Assembly: GCA_010093815.1 (NCBI GenBank)
Contig: ML996568.1
Length of the DNA stretch: 64,000 bases
Direction: 5' to 3' (one strand)
From: Pseudovirgaria hyperparasitica
Taxonomy: Eukaryota
Positions 39,419-53,146 of the stretch are shown here, in pieces (the first letter of the stretch is position 1; each line of letters begins with the position of its first letter). The notes below the pieces were generated by a model. It worked only from the letters and a program-made list of their open reading frames with translations. It was not told the DNA's origin and searched no databases. Made by a program: the position numbers and the translations under genes.

Positions 39419-41283
39419 TCACACATTGCAAGCTGCCAATCTCGCAACTAAACGCAAGCAGTCCTCCTCCTGTTGCATCCTCGCGTTCGGTCTCATGCTC
39501 TCTTTCGATTGCACTCCCAGACATGTCTGCACCACTGCCATGTATGTTTCGCCGCAGCAATGCTTGAGATGCGGCACAACCTGGCCTACAATGTATGCAT
39601 GCACATCGTCGGCACTCCAATGTGATGTCTTAGCCGGCCCAACATAGCCATCGAGATCTCTCCACAGCCCAATCTCGAGTAGGACCAGTCCCAAAGAGTA
39701 CATGTCGTACGTAGGCTCGTATACTCGCGAGGGATCGTTCTGTTTGTCGGGATGCTGGTACTTGTCGAGCTTGATGAGTCTGGGCTGTGCGGAGCGCTTT
39801 GGACCAGGTGCTGCGTACTGTTGAACGAATTGTGTGTGGCGTGAAAAGCCCCAGCCCATGAGGTTGACGCGTTGCCATTCAATGTCGTTGCGATTGATCG
39901 GCCGCTGGTCCCTTGGAAAGAAGATGATGGACGTGGGTCGGATGTTCTTGTGGATCCAGCCTGTGGCGTGCATTGCTGTCACTGCCTCCAGAAGCTCTTT
40001 GGCGAGAGAGAAGCGTCTGTTAAGAGACATGGCATTGAACGTGCGGAGTACTTCAGCTAGAGAGACAGGCGTGCGAGGTATGAGCGCATCAGGAACCATC
40101 CGGGCCCCTGAGATTGAGATCCCCAGATTTTGCGGTAGCTTGTACACGAAGCCTATACGGTGATGCTCCGAGTCCTTGAACAGCCCATAGCAGAAGCGAG
40201 AGAGAAGTGACGTTGGCGCTTGTTTCGAGGTCACCAGATACCCAAGCTTGAGGACATTGTCATGCGTATCTTGATCGGGCCTACCATGGTCGTCCAGGTA
40301 AGACTTGAACTCTATCAGTACGACCGCCTCAAATCCGCGGTCCATATCATTTCTTCCCCTCCAGATTGCCATACAAGACATTGGATTCGCGTCAAAACGG
40401 TTCTGGTGTAGCTCAAATTCATCTCTGCGGAGATTGACCAGTCTGGCCCTGCTTGTATCGTTGAGCGGCTGCGAAACGCGCTCTGCTAGGACCCGAATCG
40501 AAGTGAGATCTGCCATTGCATCGTATGTGCCTTTTGCCATTGGGCCCGCTTGTGCAGATAACTCTTCCGCAAGAGAGCGGTCCAGCGCTAGGCCGACCTT
40601 ATTACCGCTCTGTCCTGCGACCAGGCTGGTCACAGAGAGAATCTTCAAAGGTCCCAGCGCTCCATCAGGGCATAGGAAGTGAAGTGAATTGTTGTACGAT
40701 TCAAGATCCCTAGTCAACTCTGCGACCTTGTCGCGGTCTTTCAGAACCCACGTGCAACGCCGGAGAATGGTCAGCCGCTGCCGCAGGAAAACAGCCTTTC
40801 TCTGTATCTGTTTCGTCTGATCCCGAGACGGCTGGGGTAATGCATCCCGATTCTTCTGACCCAGGAATCAGCGCGTGGTACATTAACATCACAGAAATTC
40901 CATACCATATTCTCACCACGCGGATATCTCAATTCCACCCCGTACTTCTTCAGTACATCTTTGTCCGAGAACAAGCTCGCGATACTCTCCAGCGCCAGCT
41001 CTACCCCCGTGATCTTGGCCGGATTCTGCAACAGGTACTCCCCAATCTTGCGATTGCGGTGCATCAACTCAAGCGACCCCTCATTTGCCGTGATGGCTGG
41101 ATCATGCCGTGATATCTCCCAATAGAACCCCCAAGCCCACAGACGGGACTTCTGGATGAGCAGTGAGCGCGTGAATTTGAGCGTGCTCTTCTCTGCACTC
41201 TTCACGTTCTCGTAGAAGAGGTAGCCGTCGCGACAGGCAGAATACAGCCCGATGATGCCGATAGCAAGACCGGCAGCTTCCAT
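39419..41283 (-). CDS. HeLo-domain + protein-kinase-like (pseudokinase) protein; intron 40856-40905
   Basis: N-terminus MEAAGLAIGIIGLYSAC...RLWAWG...WVLKDRDK...L...N..L (HeLo). C-terminus WIHKNIRPTSI, MGWGFSR, YQHPD and DMYSLGLVLLEIGLW. Confidence 0.85.
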
Positions 41284-42611
41284 GGTTGGAAGCTCGCAAG
41301 TGTTGAGGTTCGGAGAGTGCAGCTCCAGCAGTCTTTATTCTGCAGCTGATACGAGGTTGCGCAGTCTGTGTTCCCATCAGCTGCATGGCTGGATTCCTCG
41401 CTAGTCGTCGGTGGCCTAGAACATCTTAGTGGCTTCAAAATACGAGATGCTCCAGCCATGGGTGGCATTGCTTAGCATATGTGGGGTTGGACACTCGAAT
41501 GTCAACTCTGGAGAGTCTGTAGTAATAACGTAACATGGCACGAGAGTCTCTTAATGAAGAGATTAAGTAGTTTCAAGGTCCACGACCGTCCAAACAAACG
41601 CAGCGCCAAGGCTATACGAACATGCATATATGGCCTCATCCAATCGTAGATCTTTCTGTGGAACTCCTGTATCGAGCGCATCACCTTTATCATGGTATTC
41701 AGACTAGCAAGACGAACTATAAAACAGTCAACAACCTCTCACGGAGCCGCCATTGTAAATGATGGACCTGAGTCCACCAATAACTTGTAAGCTGTGTTGA
41801 GGTTGTTCAGTCTCACGGTTAGATGATGCCTGTGCCGTATACAGTCAATGTCACACTGAATGCAGCACTCCAACGTAAGATCATTCAAGAGACAGATCAG
41901 ATGTCCAGTAGATACGCACCTTATATGTCCTAAAAAACTCCAGAACGATGGAGACAACGGTATGGGAGAACCTTCAGGTTGACGCCAAAAGCAAGCAAAC
42001 AATGACAGAAGACAACATCCTACTACCAAAAAAATAGTATCACCACTCTCCCCTGAAGCGTCCCCGACAAACGCAAAAAAATCCAGACTGTAAGCCCGCC
42101 TAGCCACCAGCCTCCTCCTCAACACCGCCCGAACAGCCGAAGAAGGCTGGCCGAACGGCTGAATACAATGAGAAGGAATGATGACCAGGCCCCGGGCCCG
42201 CTGATACAGGACACCCCCATGTGTGAGACGGGTTGTGAATGGAATCGAACCATCCGGCATCTTTGGTAAATAAGCGGAATATTGGGGGTACTACGAGACT
42301 CGAACCGCGTACCTCCCCGGGGTGCGTATGGTATGGACTAGGGCGTACAACTATAGTCGAGGCATCTATAGAGGGCAGCACGATACCATTGCACCAACGG
42401 AGAATATGGAAGCTGTACAAATTAAATAACCTATATTTTGTCTTTCGAGGAGACGAAGTGGTGTTGGGAGCGAGGGTGGGCGGGTGGATGGTGGACGTCG
42501 GCGTTGTGTTGTTGAGCGCGCTGTTCACCTTGCGGGAGGGTCTGTGCTTGGGCGTCGTCTGGTCGCGTGGCAGGTGAACTGGTCTCTTCTGTGTACCGAC
42601 TAGTGTACCGA

Positions 42612-44038
42612 TTAGATAAAGCTAGAGACTCCCTCTGAAAACCTGTCGAACAGCTCGAGAGGAAACGCGTCAGCCAACGCTTGGTAGCCCCTGACGTTCG
42701 GATGCAGATAGTCTCCAGAATCATATTGAGGATCCAGCATCGTCGAATTCCGCGGATCGCGTAAAACAGCATCGAAGTCCACCACGCGGTCAAATACACC
42801 ACTTGTCCGAATCCACTCGTTCACCTTCGACCTCGTTGCCTCTCTGAGCGGATCTGAATACGGTTGAATTGTCGAGTTCGGTGCGCTAAATGGTGTTATC
42901 GTTGCTGCAAACAATGGTATACTGAAAGCATGAATACGAGTCGCTAATTGCTGGTATGCGAGAAGGAGACGTGAGTATACGGCGTTTTGAGCGGCAGTCG
43001 TAGCTGCGGCACTCCCAATATCGTTCACACCCTCGAAGAGCATGGCATATCGAACACCACTGTGAGAAAGCACATCACGATCGATTCGACCCTGAGCGTT
43101 TGGACCGAGCCCGTCCGCGAGAACACGGTTCCCTCCAGCGGCTTGGTTGAGGACGGCGATGGGACTCGTGCTGGGCTGCTTTTGCATGCGAGCCAGTAAG
43201 AGGTCTGGCCATCTGCTGGCATGTCAGTATCAGCTTCCAATGAACGAGAAGACGAAGCTACCGATTATTCTTGTCTGTCTCGCTACCTCGACCGTCTGTG
43301 ATACTGTCTCCTACGATAGCAAACGCCCTCGAAGTGTTGGGCAGCCAAGCCTCTACCGCGCTGAGATAATACCAATGAGCAACACTAGCCAGCCCGGTAC
43401 TGGTCATATTGGCATCATTAATAGTATTACCACTAGTCAACCACGACGTTGTACGGCTGCCAGGATGCGAGGTGATGGCAAAACCTTGTTGCCCATCTGA
43501 AAGATACATCGACACGGATATCATCGATCCGCTGTGAACCAAAAAGTCGATAGGATCTGATACCGCCAGAGCACCGTTCGGAATGACGATAGACTGACTG
43601 CCGCTGAATGTTAATGGCATGACTGTCTGTGGTTGTACTGCTGCGACGCCGGCAGAACCGTTGGCGGGCAGTGCAACTGTCATCGCCGTGACCAGGAGAT
43701 CGGTCAGACCAAATACATTCGTCACACGGATGCGGATCTGATCCGCTGAAAGGGTCATACGAAGCGTCTGCCGGATGGTCGAATTGGAGAAGACAGTTCG
43801 AGACCCATTCTATGGCAGGTCAGCCACTCGTTGTTGGCTCAGTACAATGATGGCAACATACAAATGGTGTTGGCGGTAAGTTACCAGGCTCTGTGAGCTG
43901 GGGCATGGACGTCCATATATCAACCCAATGTCCTCCACTGGGTCGTGGACCAGGTACAGATCGTACAAGACGCTCCGCACTCACCGACGTGACAACTATC
44001 GCTATGATGGCAGCCCAGCCGATGGCAAGGAACTGCAT
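42612..44038 (-). CDS. Secreted GDSL/SGNH lipase/esterase (3 exons)
   Basis: Signal peptide, then GDSITDG, AGGNRVL, EGVNDI and GDYLHPN motifs. Confidence 0.88.
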
Positions 44039-44346
44039 GACGGATATGATGGTTTCATATACTGTCGTCCCAGAATACCGACGAGCAATGACATTACGAT
44101 GGGGACCATGGCTGTATATATATACATAACGCCGCGTTTGCTATGTGGATGAGTCGATCGTACTCGGTATCCTCGGATGGAAATGAATTTGCATCCGAAA
44201 CGAAACCGTGTTACGGCAGGTACTTTAGACCGGGTAAATCCATGATGCTAGCCAGAGACGTGGGGGAAGTCGGCTAAAAGTTTCGACCCACTTCTCCTCA
44301 CCACTTCAGGAAATTCTGATCAGATGTTGGATTTCAGTTCACTGGT

Positions 44347-46834
44347 TCAATCGTTGCTTCCATCCTGTCTGTCTCCACTCTCTTCTACCTCAAGAGGGAC
44401 ATTATCGAGGTTTATCGCAGAGAGTTGCGCGGGCCTTACATGACCTCGTTTTGCATACCGCGATAGACTTTCACAGAGTCGATCGAGAACGAACTCGGGT
44501 TCACTCTGCTTTGCCATCATGGGACTATCCTCTCCAATCCAGTCCCAGTCGACGAGGCCTTCGTCGTCTTGTTCACGGGCGTCTTGATTCTTCTCGGTGG
44601 TAAATCTAATTAGTCTTGTGAACTCTGCCCACTCCTCATAGCTGTAGCGTTTGGGTTTGTCATCTTTGAGGTCGTTGGCCGTGCGGCGAATGGCTCGTGC
44701 AAGGCGATGGGCGAGTTCAGATTCGTCCGCTTCTCCGGTGTCATCGTGCTCAGCTTCGGCAGCGAGGGTCTCGAGATTTGGTGTTGTTTCTGGGTCTTCG
44801 AGATCCTCATCCGGTGGGCCTAGCATTCCTTGCTTTATGCGCTTCTTTCGGGCACGATCCTCTGCTTTCCTCTGTAGGTAATTAAACAGTGTGGGGAAAT
44901 TGTCCAGAAAAGTTCGCCATATGCCAGCCTTTGGCAGTACGGTGAAGTCGGCAACTTTGAAAGTTCCTCTCTTGAAGTTCGAGATGATAGTATCACCCAC
45001 TTTGAAATTCTTCAGTATTGGCAAGCAGCGATATTCTATGGTTTGACTTACTATCGGAAATCAGAATGGTCATAGTGGGTACAGCGATAAGCGACCACAC
45101 AACGAAGAAGCATCGACCTGCATTCGATCTAGGTGAGAGATCACCATACCCGATGGTCAGGAGGGACACGTAGCAAAAGTAGAGAGACTGCTCAAGGTTG
45201 GCTCATTATATATGACAGCACGATAGCAGAGCGCGATCTTACCTGAAAGTATGTCAGCCCCTGGGTATCTTGCTCGGCCTGCCAAAAGACTACTGCGCCA
45301 ACAGCCCACAAGATCCCAAATGCTATAATGCTAACACACAGGCGCCACCATTTCTTATATGTCGCGGTAGACTTCTGAATGCTGCGCATAGCATCAAAGC
45401 GATCTTTCTCTTCTCGCAACAGAAGTAACTTCGGCTTCCGTCTTCTGATGGTAGGAGCGATCGAAAAAGACTTTTTATCGTGCACTACAGCACCCATTGG
45501 AGTTCGTGGCTTGCTCGAGATCTTACGCGACAAAGACTGGTTTACGGCATTGAAAGGCGCTGAAATAGTCCGACGGACATCAATTTGGGCTGAAAGCTGT
45601 CCCTCACGTCGTTGCAGTTCACGCGAGGTCGTGACAGTGCGATCCCATGTCCGGAGTCGGGTCTTCTCGAAATGGCCTTTGACGATCTTATCTGCACCAA
45701 GTTCCTGTACGAATCTATGGATACTATTGATGACGAGACCCAGCATGATTATCCCGCCGACTGAGTAAGGGAACACTAAGCCCCGTCCTAGATCTGATGC
45801 GGGAGCTAGATCTCCAAAACCCACGGTAAGAATAGTCACGTCGCAGAAGTACATCTGTCGTTAGTCAGAATGATGCATCTTGTCGCAGACACATGTGCCA
45901 ACTTACGGCATCAGTGAATCCCCATCCATCATTTCCAGCATCTGTCTCAATACGAGCAAAGACAGCTCCACCCCCAGCGAGCCAAATAAAGAAGAGCATG
46001 GTTTGCAAGATTAGTGTGCGCTGATGATCAGTAAGATCGAATTTCTGGGGATATTTCCCGAGGAAGTACCCCAGCATATTGACCATGAGCAGCATTGAAG
46101 ACACCAGATACATAGCAGCGGCGGCCATACCATACCAGAAACCTTGAGTGTAGGTCTGCCCGTTGGCTCGATCAGGGGGAACATATATGTTCATACATGC
46201 CAGGATACCAATTAGCTCCAATGCGAGTCAGTATTCAAGACCGAGAAACGGAATCGCTACTCAACTTACAATACCGGTAGCAATATACCAGAGAATAATG
46301 GTCGCAGGAAGAGCAATGATATAGCGGATCCGTTGGGTGAAATTCATCAGCAAAAAGAAGTTTCCGATAAAGCCAAGTATGAGTGACACCACATTCAACC
46401 AGTAGCACCTTTCTCAAATTAGTCAACCTGATCACTGAGTATCGTGAGGCATACTTACCAGCGAGGGTCAGGAAAAGGGATGCCATCGAGCTCCGCCAAG
46501 GCATTCCCGTCTCCATCGACAACGGTCATGCGCCAGTACGTTACGAGCGCGCCTATCGACAGAACGTTTGCGAGCGGGCCAAGTGTAGCTGCAAGAAGGG
46601 GTACACCTATAGAGGCAAACCACCAGTCGCTAGTCTGATATCAGCTGTCCGATCACATTTCAACCGGGACGACACATACCTCTCCTGGCCATTCTCGTAG
46701 TTCTTCTCTCCATCTTTCCATCGTGAGACTTCATCCAGAGGCTCATTTACATCCTTGAGGTTGGTGGAGCCGCCCGGGCCGTCTCCATCTGTACCAGATG
46801 ACGATGGCTTTTCATCTTCGATCGGCCTTTCCAT
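44347..46834 (-). CDS. TOK1: Two-pore outward-rectifier potassium channel (multi-exon)
   Basis: Two pore loops ([28 protein letters not shown]), multiple TM segments and an N-terminal [16 protein letters not shown] motif. Confidence 0.88.
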
Positions 46835-47278
46835 AGGGCTTGATGCCAAGATGCAAGTCGCCAGCAATATTGGTCGATATCATTAGGAAGATCTGAGAAG
46901 CGCGCACTGTGACGGTTACTGGAGTGGTCTCATCTATCAAAATGCAGGGGCTGTGTCTTCAGGCCATAGAGAGGACTCGTTCATGATGGTCCTGCCGCCA
47001 GGACGATCACACGCTGCACGTAATGAAGTGGCTGGGCCGAGCACGAACCTAAATGTCCTTAGTTAACGGTTCAGCCCCACTACTAACCCATACGTGGATA
47101 GGCCTGTCGAATGGTAATTATTACTACTATTAGGTATGTACGTAGGTGAATGAGGAAGTGTCAGGCGCTATTCGTAGAGCATACACAAAAGATACATTCT
47201 ACAGTATATATCGCTGGAGAATAGTTGAATGATGCCACCTGATCTCCTATTTACAGAAACACCATGCCGGCTACAAGC

Positions 47279-48426
47279 TTACTGCTTCAGCTTCTCTGTC
47301 AACTCTGGCACCTTTTCGAACAGATCTCCAACCAACCCTACATCGGCGACCTGAAATATCGGCGCGTCAGGGTCCTTGTTGATAGCTGCGATAACTTTGC
47401 TGTCCTTCATGCCGGCCAAATGCTGGATTGCGCCAGAGATACCTGCGCAGAGGTAGAGTTGTGGCGCAACATTCTTGCCGGTCTGTCCTACTTGAAGACT
47501 GTTGTCTGCAAAGCCACTGTCTACAGCAGCTCGCGAAGCTCCAATGGCGGCTCCGAGGGCATCCGCCAAAGGAGGCATGAGCCTGTCAAACTCCTCTTTT
47601 GACTTCAAGCCTCGTCCTCCCGACACAACTTTGCCTGCTGTTGCTAGTTCTGGTCGATCTGACTTCGCCAAATCTTCCGAAACCCATTCAATATTGCATT
47701 CTGCCTTGGGGTCGATTCCCTCAGACGCCTCACCAGAGCCTCCCTCGAGCTCAGGCGATGGGAACGCGGTGGCACGGACTGTTATAAATTTGATAGCGTC
47801 GGATGACTGAACCGTGAGTATGGCATTTCCGGCGTATATGGGCCGAACGAAAGCTGTGGTACAGTTAGCAAATAGCATAAGCAAAAGAGACCAGAGCACC
47901 CACTGTCTTCGCTCTCTACTGCTGTGATGTCTGATATTTGCTGCGAGTCAAGCATGGCAGCTACTCTGGGTATCAATGCCTTCCCGAATGCTGAGTGACC
48001 TGCGAAGATGTGTGTGAAGCCACCCTTCTTTATGTTTTCTACGAGCAGCGGTGCATAATTCTCTGGCAGGCCCTGTAAAGCTCTTTGTCAGCTGAGTCCA
48101 GGACTACTGAGTAGACATCTCACCCGATCATAAGCTGCGTTGTCGACATATATGATCTTTTCGATGCCCTTAACCTTGGCAGTTTCGTCTGCTACGGCTT
48201 TCACTCCACCACCAGCAATAAATGCTGTTATTGTGCCTCCAAGTTTCTGTGCAGCTGTCACCGCAGCCAGCGAGGACGTATTGAGCTTTCCATCTCTTTG
48301 TTCAAGGACTGCGAGTGTTGACAGAAGTCTCCTGTATGCTGAGAGTCGCGAAATCGCTATCGGTTGGTTGTGACGCAGGCAGAAGCGAGCACTGCGCAGG
48401 GTCGATTGCCGCGCTAGAGAATGCAT
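47279..48426 (-). CDS. ETFA: Electron transfer flavoprotein alpha subunit, mitochondrial (3 exons)
   Basis: Presequence-like N-terminus, [26 protein letters not shown] and [16 protein letters not shown]. Confidence 0.95.
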
Positions 48427-48933
48427 TTCAAGCTTCTGAGGACAATTGTAGGATATTAGCTCGACGTGTCGGCGGTAGTAGATTGAAGGCCCTCGTGAGA
48501 AATAGAACTACCAATTTGGAGACATTCAACGGAGATCTGCTCGCTCAAGTCCTGCGGGCATCACCAGTAACATACCTGCCCCGAACCGAGGTGGTGCTTC
48601 ACGTGGGTGGGTGTTCTTATAGAACTATATCCGGTTAGTGCGTTGCTTACACAATGCGTAATTTTCGTAAGGCTGTGCTGGTCTCAGCGCTCCTGGCACG
48701 ACTTCTTGTCGCGTCGAGATGAACCATCAAAGTTCACGACGCCGATTCATCCCCTCATTTTATAACAACCATTCCCACTCTCTCGACGCCCGACCTTGTT
48801 GTAAAAATCTATAGCTCTCGTCGCGACAGTCCCGCCCGCTCGCACTACTATACTGGGTGCGCGCTCATTCCAACTTCATCTCGACCTCGCTGCCCCCTTC
48901 TTTCATTATACGCGACAATCGCTGCTTCTCGAT

Positions 48934-51358
48934 ATGGCCGATGAGATCGATCCCAGACAGCAGGTATCGCAATCGGGTCAGACTGCAGATATGAACACCG
49001 CAGGTGGAGGCGCGACTGATGCGCCCGCTGCAGAAGGATCAGAAATTCAGACTGGGAACGTGACAGGTAAGCTACATTAATTTTCAGTATTGTTCGAAGT
49101 ATTGTCGGGAAACTGTTCTGCATTGTAAATTGGCCAGGGCAGAATGGCCAGAGCACAAAGGTCATCCTTATCTGATTCGGTATCGACAATGTCATATCGC
49201 TCCGAGTCGTATTCTCCTACAGGTTCTGCGACAAGCGATCTTTGCACCCCGCTTAGCCATCATAAAAAGAGATTGATTCTAATATTCAAAGTTGGCTCGC
49301 GCGAACCTTCAACAGCGACCCCGGTAGTGATATCAGACAATCCGCTCGATGCTCCTGATGGGCCCCGCCCCGAAGCAGAAGACACAGACGCTGCACAAGA
49401 TGAAGAGATGGGAGGCGTCGGCGATGATGTCAAGAAAGAAGGAGATGCTACTCAGGACGGAGCTGAGGGCGCCGATAGTACTGGGGACAATCAGGCATCT
49501 GCGAAAGCAGCTCTTGAGTCAAGTGCTCGCAACCACTTGATCGCGCAAACACATTCCATCATCCTCCCGAGTTACAGCAGTTGGTTTGACATGAACAAAA
49601 TTCACAAGATCGAGACGAAATCGTTATGGGAATTCTTCAACGGAAAAGTGCGCAGCAAAACGCCCGCTGTCTACAAGGATTATCGAGACTTCATGGTCAA
49701 TACATACCGACTAAACCCCGCGGAATACCTTACCGTCACAGCTTGTAGAAGAAACTTAGCAGGAGACGTCTGTGCCATCATGCGCGTCCACGCATTCCTA
49801 GAACAATGGGGACTGATCAACTACCAGGTGAGATCAAATTGACAAAAAGCAACCCTTGTTTTCCTATGCTAAATGTAGTTCTAAGGTCGATCCTGAGACA
49901 CGACCATCAAACATCGGACCTCCATTTACTGGCCACTTTAAGGTTACTGTGGACACACCAAGAGGTTTGCAACCACACCAACCCGCGCCGCAAATAGTCA
50001 CTACGCAGGGGAAACCACATGCTGGTACAGAAAGACTAGCCAGCGCTGCCCCATCTTCGAAGTCAGATCTCAATTTGGAGATCCGACGGAATATCTACGA
50101 GTCAAACGGCAAGGAGGTTACTCCTGCCGAGGGCAAAGAAGGAGATGCCAATGGCGAAAGCTCCGAAACAAATGGCGCGAAGTCACTAGCCGACACGCTG
50201 AAAGAAGCCGGTAAACAATACAACTGCTACACTTGCGGTATTGACTGCACGAAAGTGCGTTATCACAATACCAAGTCGGTTCCACATTCGGCGACAGGAA
50301 AAACTGCTCAAATGATGAAGTACGACCTTTGTCCAACGTGTTTCCTCGAGGGGCGCTTCCCAGCCTCGACGAATGCTGTTGACTATACCAAGCTCGAAAA
50401 CGACAAATACTCGGCCATCCCTGATCGCGATGCGCCTTGGACCGACGCCGAAACTCTCCTTTTACTGGAAGGTCTTGAACTATTTGATGAAGACTGGAAC
50501 CAGATTTCTGAACACGTCGGCAGCAGGACGAGAGAAGAATGTGTGCTCAAATTTCTCCAACTCGAGATCGAAGACCCCTATTTGGAAGGCGAACCGACTC
50601 CGAACGGAGCGGATGCAAACCTTGGAAGCCTGTCATACTTGAGCAATGGACGCGTGCCTTTCTCTCAAGCTGACAACCCGGTCATGTCTGTGGTTGGATT
50701 CTTAGCAGGTCTTGCTGATCCATCAGTTGCAGCTGCAGCCGCTGGGAAGACTGTAGAAGAAATGCGCCGCGTTCTTCGAGAGAAGATCGAGAAGACGCCC
50801 GGCGCAAGGTCAGACAAGGAGAAAGAGAAAGCTCCTGCCGCAGAGCTCAAGAATGAAGATAGCATGGACATTGACGTTGCGCCAGCTGTGCAAGCACCTT
50901 CGGATAAGCCTGCATCGATTCCGAACACGGTCTTTGCCCTGACTGCTGCCCGCGCAACCGCTCTTGCCTCACACGAGGAGCGTGAGATCACCCGCCTCGT
51001 CTCCACCGCTGTCAACACCCAGCTTCAGAAACTCGAGCTCAAGCTTAGTCAATTTTCCGAGCTCGAGTCCCTTCTCTCTGCCGATCGCCGCGATCTGGAA
51101 CGCCGTCGCCAACAGCTCTTCCTCGACAGACTTGCATTCCAGAAGCGTTCACATGGCCTCGAAGACGCGCTCCGAAAGGCTTCGCAGATGTCGGATCCAA
51201 GTGAGGGCATGAAGGCTGTCACCGCGGCCATGGGGCAATTTGGCATCGCTGGTCGAGGCGACGGCATGGGCGTCAAGCGCGTACCTACGGAGCCAAAAGA
51301 AGATGCTATCAAGCCCCTGAACGCGAGCGACCCGGGATACAAGGCTCTGGAGATTTAG
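48934..51358 (+). CDS. RSC8: RSC/SWI-SNF subunit Rsc8/Swi3 family (SWIRM, ZZ-like, SANT, coiled coil); introns ~49067-49291 and 49828-49885
   Basis: [10 protein letters not shown]...[22 protein letters not shown]...[25 protein letters not shown], and EEREITRLV...KLELKL. The first-exon structure is less certain. Confidence 0.9.
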
Positions 51359-51686
51359 CTAAGGTACAAAGTGAAACCACAAACAAAGGGAAAAAAAATT
51401 TAGAATCTGAGTTTCATCTGCTGCATGACTGGTTTATCTGTTCGCTTTTGGGCGGCGGTTACCCTGCCTTGGTGTTTGAGGAGAAATAATGGCTGTCAAC
51501 AGTATATCTGGACGGACTCTTAGGATGGATCATGGGGTGTATGAGCGGCGTGCGGCTTTGTATACTACGTCTTCAACACGCAGATTTGGACGTCTCGTTT
51601 CGTCGTCACACTCGTCCTTCATGTACCCAATGATCGAATTTTACTTTTATTTTATTCCGTTCTGTGGTATGTGTGCTACGTTTCCT

Positions 51687-53146
51687 TTATCCCGCCGCCG
51701 CGGCAGACATTACAGTTTCCCTAGTCGTCCTGCCCAGGCCCTCGCGCGCATAGAAGTCCATCGGGTACGCTGCATCGTCATTCCTCGGCCTGCCCTGATC
51801 CAAATTCTCCTTCCACGGCGCCTCCCTCACTCCCAGCGCGACTAGCGCCTCGTACGGACTCAGCAAAGGCCGCGGAAACGCATATCCCCAGTCGATGCTC
51901 AGCCGCGGACACGCAATCTGGACCCACGCAGTGACATCCGGCATCAGCGCCAATTTCCCCGGAAAGATTTCAGAAAGCAGGATGTTGACCCACGGTATGC
52001 CGCGGGCGCGTAGGTGGGTCTCGATGAGCTCGAGGGTGTGCGGGTTGCCTTGTCGGCCTAGGGCACCGAGGATGATGCCCCATTTCTGGGCGGATGAGGC
52101 GGTGTGGATGGCGGTGCTGCGTAGTGAGTATAGTTCGTCGTGTGCGTATTCTTCGCGGGTGAGACGCCGCGAGTAAGGGTCGTAGCGGTAGGATGGCAGC
52201 GAGGGGTTGGCGATCATGGCGGATTCGAGGTGGAAGCGGCCGTCGCCGATGTATAGGAGGATATCGGGGGTGTTTGCGTCTGAGGTGGAGATGGACGTGG
52301 AGACGGGCATGCTGGGCGATGTGCAGCCTAGGATCTCGCCCTTGGAGAGCGGGGTGATTTGGGGGATGAGGATGTTGAAGCCGTCGCGGCGCAATTGGGG
52401 CGCGATGGCGTGGATGGTGGTGTTGAATTGGATTGTGCCGACGAGGGCGAGGGTCTTGCCCGGGGTGAAGTTGCGCGCGATGGTGGCGAGGAGGTGTTGG
52501 GTGTCGATGGAGATGGAGACGAAGACGTAGAGGGTGGTGATCTTTGTGACGGCGACTGGGATCAGGCAGCTATGGGCATAGTGCACGAGCAGGTCGCAGC
52601 CAAGGGCGCGAGCGGTGAAGTCGTCGATGCAGCAGGCGCCGTAGGTCACGTCGCCCATGATGAGGGTGGAGATGTCGGGGCAAAAGCGCGTGAGGATGTC
52701 GGAAATTGTGGTTGCGAAGAGGAGGAGGCCTTCGGGGAACTGGAGAGCGATTTTCTTGGAGCCATTGCTTCGTATGCGGTGGATGGTCTTGTGGATCTCG
52801 AAGTTGTAGTTGATAGGAAGGAGGGCGATTGCGTCGTTGATATCGGTGTCTTGGAGGATGTCGGGAGGGATGTTGTTCAGGGTTCGCGCGAATCTTCGAG
52901 GTCTGGAGACTATAGATAGCTGGTCAGCATATGGACACGAGGACAGAGGATAACATTGTGTTCCGCACCTTGTATGGCTTTGCTGTCTTCGATATTACTG
53001 TTTGGCGCATTCTGTTCCTCCAACTTCTGTGCAGCTCGCCGGCCCACGAAGCGTTTCTTTGGCTGCTTCGCTTGAACGGGTATATCTTCGTTCAGTTCCT
53101 CGGGTACTGAAGGGCCTAAGTTGGATTTCTCTCGGTCATCCTCCAT
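51687..53146 (-). CDS. DPH1: Diphthamide biosynthesis protein 1; intron 52910-52968
   Basis: [48 protein letters not shown] and [12 protein letters not shown]. Confidence 0.95.

Noticed and set aside
41739..42577. Overlapping 112-173 aa ORFs between the HeLo-kinase and GDSL genes
   Set aside because: No family motif and no consistent splice model.
49067..49291. Long RSC8 intron as a snoRNA host or hidden exon
   Set aside because: No box C/D pair seen, and the candidate internal exon has an in-frame stop.
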